Shown one piece after another: positions 11,521-21,929 of a DNA stretch of 27,622 nt. Each line of letters opens with the position of its first letter. Positions within the stretch are counted from its first letter, which is position 1. Position numbers and translations under genes: made by a program. The DNA is from Takakia lepidozioides (taxonomy: Eukaryota; Plantae; Bryophyta), in the NCBI GenBank assembly GCA_030704615.1, contig JAKLZA010000128.1:1-27622 (forward strand), read 5' to 3'. Under the pieces are notes generated by a model, which was not told the origin of the DNA, did no database searches, and worked only from the letters and a program-made list of their open reading frames with translations.

Positions 11521-13160
11521 CGGAAATACGGCGCCGCATTTCCGTATTGCTTCTTGGTCATGCACCAGAGCGACGGAAATGCGGCACCGAGTTTCCGTCC
11601 GGGGAAACCTTTATACTCTCCAGAACGGAAATGCGGTAACGCATTTCCATCCAGCAAGCACGGTATGTGAAGGTGGAACGGAAATGCGGTACCGCATTTC
11701 CGTTCTGATTGAGAATTATGAACAACGGGAACAGAAATGCGGCACCGCATTTCCGTCCGAGTCGCACTTTCCGACATTCCAGAACGGAAATGCGGCGCCG
11801 CATTTCCATTTTGTATCTGATGCATGGAGCTGAGGGATAGAAATGCTGCAACACATTTCCGTCCTTAAAAGACATTCATACTCTCCATAACGGAAATGCG
11901 GTCCGCATTTCCATCCAACAAGCACGGTATGTGAAGGTGGAACGGAAATGCGGTACCGCATTTCCGTTCTGATTGAGAATTATGAACAACGGAACAGAAA
12001 TGCGGCACCGCATTTCTGTCGGAGTCGCACTTTCCGACATTCCAAACAAAAATGCGGCGCCGCATTTCCATTTTGTATCTGATGCATGGAGCCGAGTGCG
12101 ATTCCGACCGCTTGAGACAGCGCAATTCCGACCGCTTGAGACATTCATACTATCCAGAACGGAAATGCGGTACCGCATTTCCGTTCTGACTGAAAATCGT
12201 GAACCATCGGAACTGAAATGCGGCAGCGCATTTCCATCCGAGTCGCACCTCCCAACATTCCAGAACGGAAATGCGGCACCGCATTTCCGTTCTGATGAAA
12301 TATCCTGAAACATCGGAACTGAAATGCGGTACCGCATTTCCGTCGGAGTCGCACCTTCCGACATTCCAAAACGGAAATGCGGCGCCGCATTTCCGTTTTG
12401 TATGTGAGGTGGGGGTGGGTGGGTTAACATTGGTAGAGACAGCACAGCATTTCCCCCGCCCTCGTCAGACTTGAATACTCTACAGAACGAAATGCGGTAC
12501 CGCTTTTCATTCTGACGTGAAAATCGTGCGCAACGCACGGAACAGAAATGCGGCAAACCGGCATTTCCGTCCGAGTCGCACCTTCCGACATTCTAGAACG
12601 AAATGCGGCGCCGCATTGCCGTTTTGTATATGGGGGCCTGGAGCTGTGCTACAGAAATGTGGTGCCGCATTTTGCATCCATGTGTAGCCTTCAAACTTTC
12701 CAGACCGGAAATGCGGCACCGCATTTCTGTCCAGGTGAGACCTCTATACTTTCCCGAACGGAAATGTGGCACGACTTTCCGTTCATCAACTAACGTATGT
12801 GAAGGGGGAACGGAAATGCGGTACCGCATTTCCGTTCACATTGAAAATCAATGGAACCACGGGAACTGAAATGTTGTGTGCCTCATTTCCTTCCGTCCGA
12901 GCGCACCTTTCGACATTCGAGAACGGAAATGCGGCGCCCGCAATTCCCTTTGTATCTCATACATGGAGCTGTGGGACGGAAATGCGGCAACCGTATTCCG
13001 TTCAACAACTAAGGTATGTGAAGGTGGAACGGAATGCGGTGCCGCATTTTCTTCCAACACAGTACGGATGTGTAGCTTCGTGATGGTACTTAACGGAAAT
13101 GCGGCGCCGCATTCGCATTTTTTCACTCCAACTCATCAGACGCTGGGACGGAAATGCCTT
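11521..13160. repeat. Array of ~28-30 palindromes (core GGAAATGCGGYRCCGCATTTCC) with 52-53 bp period
   Basis: Unit starts at 11521, 11574, 11626, 11679, 11732, 11785, 11838, 11891, 11943, 11995, 12047, then 12160, 12213, 12266, 12319, 12372 and onward. Perfect palindromes up to 34 bp (12155-12188, 12367-12400). Higher-order ~264 bp duplication. Confidence 0.95.
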
Positions 13161-13559
13161 GAAATGTGAACACGTGGAGCACCGTAATTGCTGCACATGT
13201 TGGCACTCTATCTGACTGAAGGGGCATGAGGCTGCGCGGCCTGACCGTTGGATAATGATGTTTGTTTTTTTTTTTCGACGGCAGGCGTACCCTGAACGAT
13301 TCGAATTTTCGTAATGACGCAAACTCCACGAGGAGACACTTTCGTCCAACCCTTTCGAACCCAAGTTGGTGCATCACCGACGTTTCATCATCTACTTTTG
13401 TCGTGTCTCCTCAGTCACCCCTCTCGCGCCCTTTCCATCTGCACTCTTTGCCCCTTTTCCCCTCTCTCTGTTCTTCTTATGCTCGAACTTGAGAGGGGGG
13501 GAGTTCGTGCACCAGACAGGGACCTCGTCGCAAGCTCCGGAAATTTACTTCGGACGTAG

Positions 13560-16500
13560 GCCAATGCCGAAGGGAGGAAGCAGATGCGTCTACAGGAGGA
13601 GATTGCCATCTCCGAGCAGCAGGCCACTCAGGCAACCCAGCCACCAGTGAGAGCTCCATGCGATCGGGCTGCGCGCAGCTGATCGAGCACCGAACCCCCC
13701 ATTTTGCTTTTGTAATTCTTAGACTGAATGCTAGGAGACTTGAATGCAGAACATGCTTGCATGCCTAACAGGAAAGGTGGACGTGCTGGAGGGATCGCAG
13801 GAATCCGAAGAGCCGCAGGAAGAGTCCCGAGGAGCTAGCTGCAGCACGTACCCCCACCCGATCCCCCGGGGTATTCCTGTCGGGCCTAGCCCTGTGCGAT
13901 TCAAAGACGCGGCTTCGAAGGGCAAGTTCAAAGCCCCAGAGATCGACTCGCGTTTTCGGTCCATGGAGAATCGCCAGCAGGGGTCGGGCCCTTCTCCAGC
14001 AAAGTCGAAGAAGAAGCAGCCCGTCCCTCTACTGGCTTCCTGAACCGGCTCAGGCCGATTCACCCCCCCCCAACGCGAATGAAGCAGCAGGTAAAGACAG
14101 ATTCAATTCAATTGCAGCAGACACCTTCACAATGCAAGGATGAGGAAGCAGAAGGCAATCAGGGCACGGCCGAACAATCTCCCTCCGCAAAACCGCTTCC
14201 ACGAGCTGAAGCTCATTTCCTGGAGGATTTCCCGCCTGCAGATGTTGGGGCCGTCTCTGCTGCAGCGAAGGCAATGGGATCGACGTTTTTTGTCGATTTG
14301 GTACCGGAGGAGGGTGCTGCCGCTGACGTTCCAGCAGACTAGAACCTCACCACCGATTAGCAAGCAGCCCGGAGGAGGCCTCTGCAATGGCAGAATTGCC
14401 CGCACACAGGCCCCAGAGTGCAGCTCCAGTTGAGGATGCTCCAGCTGCTCAGCCACTACCCCGGCACCTACAGACATGTCTCCGAGGATTTCAAAAGTGC
14501 AGCGGATAAAAATGTTGGAGGAGACACACAGTAGCATTGGCAGAGTTCTGGGCAGCAGGATATTCCAGCGGACTCTTCGAATCCCACTCTGTTGCATGGT
14601 CTCCCTTCCCATCGTCAGGCAGGCCCTTTCCCGGAGATGTGGATAAGCTCCAAGTTCGCATTTCGAGAAGGGTACCGTCTGGGATCGGCAGCGTTTTACG
14701 TTTCCATTGAGAATGAGGACGGCGAAACTCGTGGACCCACTGCCGATGAATTGTCAACGTGGGATACCCACTGGCACACTGGCAACGACGAATTCGAGGC
14801 GACGCTGAAGGGTGATCCAGACTTCGGCCATATGTCTGGTAAAATGTTTCTTTGTGTGGGACGGGAATCACCGACTTCTCGCCTGGTGGGGTACATCAAG
14901 CAGAACCATGCCAAGCACATTGGCTGGCATTACATGGTGGAGTGTGTCATCCTGAAGGTGAAGCGGCAGACTCCTCCCTGCTCAAGAATGCCATGGCGGA
15001 CCTCAACTCGTAAGATACTCATACCCCTCCCTAGCACTTCGAAATGCGGTGCCGCATTTCGGTTTCCATTCTGGTTTGTTTCCGTGCTTTCCGTGTACTG
15101 AACTAGAGAGTGTGCCTTGCAGGGTCACTGAGAATGCGTACGTGCATACCCACATGGCACATATGCTGTACAGGGTGAGGAAAAACTGGTCTCATCACTG
15201 ATCTGCAGATGTTTTGGAAATGCTGGAGCCCGAGCTCATTCAGAAAGCCGTTGCAAAAACAGACCGGACATGGTATCGTCTCACTATGATGAATGGTGGA
15301 GGTGATATACGAAGTAAGTTGTCCTCCAATTTCCCTCTGCTCATCCTTCCCCAATTTCCAGTAATCTTTCCACATGAATCGAATGTAACGCTTCTGCATG
15401 TTTTTGTTGGCAGTCAAACATCAAGCTGGATTTTGCCCATGCCAAACGCTTCTTCATGGAAAGTGAGGGGCAGGTCAAAACGTTGCAGTCATTGACTTAG
15501 CACTTGAAGGAAGCCGGTGTCAAGTTCCAGAACCAAATACAAGTCAAAGCTTGTGAAGCTGTGGCAATTGCAGATCCGGCACTTGGAAAGGACTTCATCC
15601 CCGAGATTGCAAAACACTATTCTCAGGCCATGCAGCCGACCATGCAATTGGAGAAACTGCATCACCTCTCAACGGCATGTGTGGAGGCGAAAGAGAAGTT
15701 GAGGTTTCAATGCACTAGTTCCTTCCTAGCAATAGCCACTCTCTTCCAGCTCCTGACATTGGATCGGAAATGGCAGACACGGTGGCTGTCGATCTGGAAT
15801 GCATCCGAGAGCATAAGGACAATGTGGTCTTTTCCACTGGAAGTTTCCGACCCTGCAGTGGATGTGTGGCTCAACCGTATGACTTGGTGGTTCCAGGTAA
15901 TTCAAGGTACTTCCCCAGATTTGCTTTTCTGAAATGAATTCCCTGAACTGCTACGTGACAATGCATTTGGGAATCGCAGGTAATGTCGAATGCGAAGGAG
16001 CAAGTCGTAATGCACACAAATTCGTTCGGCTTGTACGTCAAATGGGATGGAACACAGACATTGGAAGACTACGTGACACGTTTCAGATGTGCGTACAAGG
16101 ACAACCTTTTCGCCAGAGAGCTACAGACAGCAAGAAGGAGCGTGGAGTTTACACATCAGGAGGGAGCGGGGAAAGCTGCAATGCGAATTGTTTACAGGTG
16201 AAGCACAGCTGCCCTTGTATGCGAAGCCTGGTTACGAGGTTTGTCTCGGAAATGCGGCACCGCATTCGCATTTTCTGTTTTCGGTGGCACTCTGCGAGTA
16301 GGTTGGTCTCAACTTTTGCTCACGCATGCTGACTGCCTTGCAGGTATATGAAATACGTGCTCCTTCAGACAGGGGCCCTGGCTCAAGAGCCCCCGTTCTT
16401 CATGGCTTGGACCGTGGCGGGCCCAAGCTGTGTCTACACACCCGAGATGCAGAAACAATGGCATCCCGCGCATCTCGTTGGATGCCCGTGGTACCTGGAC

Positions 16501-18693
16501 ATGTCTGGCGGTATTGTTGACGAGTCTGAGAAAGATCTGCACGCCTTGGCAGAAGAGAAGAGAAAGGAAAGACGTGTCCCTGCTGGGCCAAAGTCGGCAA
16601 AGGAATCTGCTGCTCTGGAAGAATCCAGAAAGGCAGCTGAGATGGCACAAAAGACGGTGGATGCAGCTGTGCAGGCCCAACAGAAGGGGTCGAAGAAGAG
16701 GACTGGCCAGCAAGGAGCAGCTGTTGTGACACCCGCCAAAACGAAGAAGCAGAAACAGCCTGTTCAGGAAGAGGGTGAGGAAGAGGACTCCGATGGAGAC
16801 TTTGCAACCAGCCCACCCCCCCAAACGCAGGCTGCCTCCCCTGTGCCCACCGTTGTCACGAGAGGCACGAGAACTGGCTCGGCAAAGAAGGCACTCTTCA
16901 ACCCCCCAGGGGGCACCCTTTCGAGCCGGTGGAAATGAAGAGGCCGAAAGTGGCTCCCGAAACAGTAGTCCAGTGTGTAAATGAGAGTTTCTTGGCGGCT
17001 TTGGATGGACGGGCAGCCAAGTTGGCATACATGAAGACCATGGAGGGTCTGAAGGGCAGAGCACTGAAGAAGGCGACTGCCGAAGAGCCTTCCGACACCC
17101 CAGGATTTCAGAATATGGTCTCGTTCTTTGAGAGGGTGTGTGCAGACAAGGATTGTAGGAGGGGCGGAAATGCCACCGAGTGGTCTTGCGATATGATCAT
17201 CTTGGATATTCCGGACGGAGAGCCTGTGGAAGGACTGCAAGCTTTGCCATCTTGGAACAGGTACTCGGAGGACTTTTGGAAGAAAGGATTCGGGCTTGCC
17301 CGCATGGTGTTGGACGACAGAGGCTGTGTGGTTGTCCTGGCGAGCAGAGGAAAAAACACTCAGACAAGAATTGCGAAGTGGACCCGCAAGAGCGCCGTCC
17401 CGATTCTGAAAAAGAAGTGGACGTGCATCAACACACGGCCTTCGGTCGGAAGGGAAGAAGGTGATTATGACACTGGCACTCGTCCATTCATTTGCTTGGG
17501 TGTTTTCAAATGCGGTGCCGCATTCGGTTTCTAATCGTTCCCCCCTGTGTATGCAGACGAAGCAGTTCGATGCATACTGCTTTGTGAAGGAGAACTCCAC
17601 CTTTGCTTTCCGGAAGGAGGGAGGAAAGGTTGACCCGAACTGCGACCCCCTCGATTACGACGTTCTGTTCAACAACGTTCCCAAGGAACTTCTCCCTCAT
17701 AGCCTCACTTCAACGGAACCCCTGCGGTACTCACGGACTCGGAGCCCTGCCTTCATTCAGACAATTATGGAGACATGCACAGACGTGGAGGGCACAAGTG
17801 CTCGACCTCATCTGTGGGACAGGTATGCAGAATCTTGATCTATGCTGTTCTGCAAATTCTCGTTAGGATGTAGTTCGCAACATCTGAAGCGCCATGTGGT
17901 AATGTGTGGATGGCATTGTAACAGGTGCCTCAATGTGGGCTGGGCGGTTTTCCGACCGGCACCTCTTTGCCTACGAGGAGGATTCATCCGTGTGGGGATC
18001 CCATCTGGAAGGGCTGCAACGGAATGTTAAGGCTCCCGACAGAGCGGAAGTCTCCTCGGATTCGTCGGAGTCCGAGGAAGACACAGTGGACATTGATGCG
18101 GAGGAGAACCCGGAATACGAGTGAGTGCAAACATTGTAAGTTTGCAAAGCCTTCTGGGTCATTTTTGTCAAACGAATTTCCCGACTGTGGTTCTCATTAG
18201 TCTCGTTGATGATTGTCATGTGCAGGATTGCAGGGTCCGGGTCGAAACATGTAGGGCCTACACTTCCTGCCAGGAAGAATGTCCCGTTCTTTGCGAGGGC
18301 CGACTTCATGACGAGCCCGGTGAGGGACTACTCCCTTCCTAGTTATGCAGCTAAACTCGCAAATACAGCGATTAGAAGAAGTGAGAATCCCAGTAAAGTA
18401 GAGCAGATTTTGGAGAGGGCTAGGGAGGACAGAAGGATAAGGAAAGAGTTGGCAGCAGCTCAGACAGGTAGACGGGTACGAAAGTACATATGTGATTCAG
18501 CGGATGAGAGCGACGCAGACAGGGAGGAAGACGACCCAACGGAGGTGAGATGGACAGTTCCGCAAGGGGAAGATGGATTTTCGAAAGCCTGGCCAACGAG
18601 CAGTCCGCTGGAGATGAGAAAGGCACTGAGGGGGTGGAGGCGGAGCAGGACAGTCTAGAACAGGATGAGGATTCGGATGATTTTCAAGATTAA
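13560..18693 (+). CDS. Multi-exon gene: ParB/Srx-like domain, helical region, charged linker, beta-class DNA N6-adenine/N4-cytosine methyltransferase-like domain, acidic tail (frameshifted; start not resolved)
   Basis: VWDGNHRLLAW at 14854-14886 (shifted frame), preceded by LPIVRQAL...FREGY...FYVS. DMIILDIPDG at 17190-17219 (motif IV position). RSPAFIQTIMETCT...VLDLICGTG|ASMWAGRFSDRHLFAYEED spliced across intron 17823-17924 (motifs X, I, II). Other GT-AG introns: ~13648-13770, 15010-15122, 15314-15413, 15897-15979, 16198-16343, 17461-17556, ~18121-18233. In-frame TAG near 15498. Confidence 0.75.
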
Positions 18694-18828
18694 TAGAATT
18701 TTAATGAAGTCTCTGTAAATGTAAATTCTCTTCCAGAGTATATAAAGGAAATTCTGCCCGACATTCGTGACCCCTCTCCAGTGTGCATTCCAGCCACACA
18801 ATCGCCCAAACCACGACGCTCCCAAAAT

Positions 18829-19600
18829 CAGAAATGGGGCACCGCATTTCCAAGATTTTGGCAACTCTAAGAACCTCTTTTGGAAATGCGGCACCGCATT
18901 TCCAAAACAGGGGAGGGACTAAATTTTCCATTTCAATGTTGGCATAGTAAAAAGTAATCGGCCGATTGGAAATGCGGTGCCGCATTTCCAAAATTTCCTT
19001 TGTCCACACGCCAGTTTTGGCCTCTCCCGCTCATTGCATGGATGCCACCACGCTTACAGAGGTCGAACAAGGAGGTCGAACAAGGAGGTCGAGATGGCGG
19101 AATTGAAAATGCGGTGCCGCATTTCCATATTGGGGATGGTCGTTGTTCGAACTGCAGGCCCATCAGCAAAAATTGGCACCGCATTCCATTGTAAAAAAAA
19201 AGTCGATGACGGACATGGAAATGCGGCGCCGCATTTCCAGAACGGACATCGCAATTTGTCCATTTGCAGACCCTCTCACGGAAATGCGGTAACGCATTCC
19301 ATCGCGCTGGTCGGAAATGTCACACTTTTTGAAGTGTTGGACGGAAATGCGGCACCGCATTCCCTTGTCCAAAAAGAAGTTTCCATTGCCAAGCTGGAAA
19401 TGCGTCGCCGCATTTGCAATGCCAACCTCGTTGTCTGTCCAATTTATAGACCCGTGTTGGTATTTCGTGTACCTGGACGGAAATGATGCACCGCATTTCA
19501 TTGTCCGACACTGAAATGCGGTTCATACATTTCCATGTCGGCATGGAAATTCGCGCACCGCATTTCCTTGTCCGACATGGAAATGCCGCCGCATTTCAAT
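18829..19600. repeat. Second array of ~13 GGAAATGCGGYRCCGCATTTCC palindromes
   Basis: AAATG starts at 18832, 18884, 18970, 19107, ~19169, 19219, 19282, 19345, 19398, 19481, 19514, 19547 and 19581. Confidence 0.92.
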
Positions 19601-19854
19601 GTCCGACATGGCGTTACTCTGGTATATTCTTGACACATGACTCACATACCGGTTACTCTGCTATATTCATCCGGACAGACACATTGTAGAAATGAGACAT
19701 CAAATTGTAAACAGTGGGCCAATTCCGACAGTTATTCAACAGAATGAAACACAATCATACAGAAGTGAGGTACGATGGGTTTATTGATCGGACACGATGT
19801 CTCACATTTACCAACTGCAGACAAAACTAAGCCCTTCCTCCTTCTACATGGGCT

Positions 19855-20555
19855 TCACCAAGTCGACGGAACTTCGATACCCCTCAAAACAAGCTCATCA
19901 CTGCTGCGGCACCTCGAGGTAAACTGCAATTCGGTCGTTCTGCTGCCCTTGCTGGAGCCGACGACAATGTCATGTCCATCAATGATACCACCATCATACA
20001 TTGACAAGGTCACTGTGGGCCTCATGTGCCCGTGCGATTCGTCTTCGCAACTCAGCCGAATGTCTCCATACACTGGAAGAGCGGAGTGATCTGCACGTAT
20101 ATAGTTTTCCCCGGTGCCGTCCTCCCTGGTCCACTGGCAGCAGTTCCAGCGCCAAAGCGAGGCCGTGCGTGATCTGTCCGGCATCCCTTTCCAGCTTGGT
20201 ATATCCAGGTCAACAATTTTCAGGACCCACGGACCGCATTGACCCTCGCCCTCACCTCGCTCAAAGCGGTAATAGCCCTCCAGATACTCCATTGCGCGCA
20301 AAGACTCTTGCTTGATTCCAACAGCGTCTATGAAAACAAGAGCCAGACAATGATGTCTCCTGATTCTGGTTTGAACATAGCATAATCGTGGCCATGATAA
20401 GGGCAGTCGGCTGGATTTCGGCGGCACGGCATCCTTGAAAAAGAGTAGCGGAGTACGCTCAATGACAGCAGCTCCCGGATGGAGGAGGAGCAGCGCGGTG
20501 GCTGGAAAAAGTTCAAGCTAACGCTGCAATTCCTCACAAACACTCCAGGGCACAT
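19855..20555 (-). CDS. Unknown protein, paralogue of 20775-21551 (one frameshift near 20340; start not resolved)
   Basis: VLRYSFSRMPCRRNPADCPYHGHDYAMF...GDIIVW, then YRFERG...PWVLKIVD...RWNCCQWT...PVYGDIRL...YDGGIIDGHDIVV...ELVLRGIEVP. Collinear with the plus-strand ORF. Confidence 0.7.
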
Positions 20556-20689
20556 TTAAATTTCCCCCCTACAGGATCCTGGACCGATGAAGATTGGCTG
20601 CTTCATGAATGTAGCCGTTTCAGTTTCCTACCCTGCCATGCAAACTATGGGCACTCACTGCCAGGTGGGCCGATAGCCACTGGACACGA

Positions 20690-20752
20690 CGAAGTCCATC
20701 CCCTCTTCGATGTAAATGCGGCGCCGAATTTCCATCCGGGGGATGGACTTCG
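20690..20752. repeat. Hairpin: 14-bp perfect inverted arms enclosing a copy of the element palindrome
   Basis: CGAAGTCCATCCCC (20690-20703) and GGGGATGGACTTCG (20739-20752) surround GATGTAAATGCGGCGCCGAATTTCCATC. Confidence 0.9.
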
Positions 20753-20774
20753 GTGGCAGATCTCAAACTATAAC

Positions 20775-21551
20775 TTGTTGATGAGAAAGATGTATGGGTT
20801 CATCCACCGCCGGCGTGATGAACACGTTCCACCTCCGTCGGTGGGTACGTGGGACCCAGATGCTCCATTATTGGAGGCCGGACTGCTCTTCCGCTTCGCA
20901 TCATTTCCAAAATCTAAGGGCTTCGTAGCTGTCCGCAAGGTCATTGTCATCTGCATCCAAGTCGTCCTCAGGTCCTCCTTTGCAAGGATGCCGTGCTTCC
21001 GGAACCGGGACGACTGCCCATTTGGAGGCATCGATTATGCAATGTATTCGGCCACATCGGGAGACATTGTTATCTGGTACACAGATTACAGAGAAGATAC
21101 TGGTTCGATTGTGGAAACATTGGTGGCTTTTGAGTATATCCTAGGCCACTACGCCTTCGAGCGGGGTGACGATCTTGGTCTGAGGAGTCCGTGGCTCCTG
21201 CGCATCCTCGATTCCGATTTTCCCAGCTACGACGGTCACCCATGCAGAAGAAGGCGCACTGCTATGCTGTTGCGGTGGAACTGCTGCCACTGGACGTGGG
21301 TGGACTCCATCGGAGAGACCTATTCTCCTCAAGGAGTGCACTCCTCTTCTCCATTGTATGGGGACATTCGCATTGGTGTGGACGACGAAAACGTGAAGAT
21401 TTCCATATTCGATGGTGGTATGATTGAAGGGCAGGACATTGTGGTGAACATCACTAGGGGCGGTACAACGGCTGCAATCGACTTTACATGGAGGAGCCCC
21501 ATGACTCATGAGCTAGTTCTGAGAGCAGTCGAAGTCCCATTGACAACGTGA
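20775..21551 (+). CDS. Unknown ~250 aa protein, intact ORF, transposon cargo
   Basis: Uninterrupted 258-codon ORF. Amino-acid conservation with its inverted paralogue extends to a shared stop position, which supports coding status. Confidence 0.75.
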   Translation: MLMRKMYGFIHRRRDEHVPPPSVGTWDPDAPLLEAGLLFRFASFPKSKGFVAVRKVIVICIQVVLRSSFARMPCFRNRDDCPFGGIDYAMYSATSGDIVIWYTDYREDTGSIVETLVAFEYILGHYAFERGDDLGLRSPWLLRILDSDFPSYDGHPCRRRRTAMLLRWNCCHWTWVDSIGETYSPQGVHSSSPLYGDIRIGVDDENVKISIFDGGMIEGQDIVVNITRGGTTAAIDFTWRSPMTHELVLRAVEVPLTT

Positions 21552-21929
21552 CTTGTATTCAGTAGGCACAGGGCTAAAGATTTGATTGCACAATCAGCAC
21601 AGTAGACGTGCTTCAAATGCAATTCATGTGGATCAATAAAAACCTCATTGTGCCCTCTTTTTATTCTATTCTGTGTCCATCGTTCCCAGAATGCATCATT
21701 GCTCATTTCGTTTGGGATTGGGAGTGTGAGTGGATTTTGCAAGTGGCTGGTAGGCTGAAATGGGCCCCCATTGTACAGAGCAGTACCACCCTACCATTCG
21801 CGAAACATTGCCTTTCAATATATAATTCTAAATAACATTGCCGAACCTCCTTCATCGGGAGGTCCTTCTCCCCCTATGACCGTGGCACCCTAAACCCTAT
21901 TCCCGCGGACACTCATTTCCGGAAAATAG

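Noticed and set aside
11521-13160. CRISPR array
   Set aside because: Repeat and spacer sizes look CRISPR-like, but spacers recur in higher-order duplications, repeats are degenerate and also dispersed singly, no cas gene is present, and the context is eukaryotic with spliceosomal introns.
11383-13377. Numerous overlapping ORFs with GNAAPHF / KCGAAF / EMRRRIS repeats (also 18655-19689)
   Set aside because: They are translations of the palindrome in all six frames, with no independent coding evidence.
13560-18693. Bacterial contamination or a restriction-modification system
   Set aside because: The gene has multiple GT-AG introns, one splitting motif I in phase, lies in a plant-type transposon, and has no recognisable endonuclease partner.
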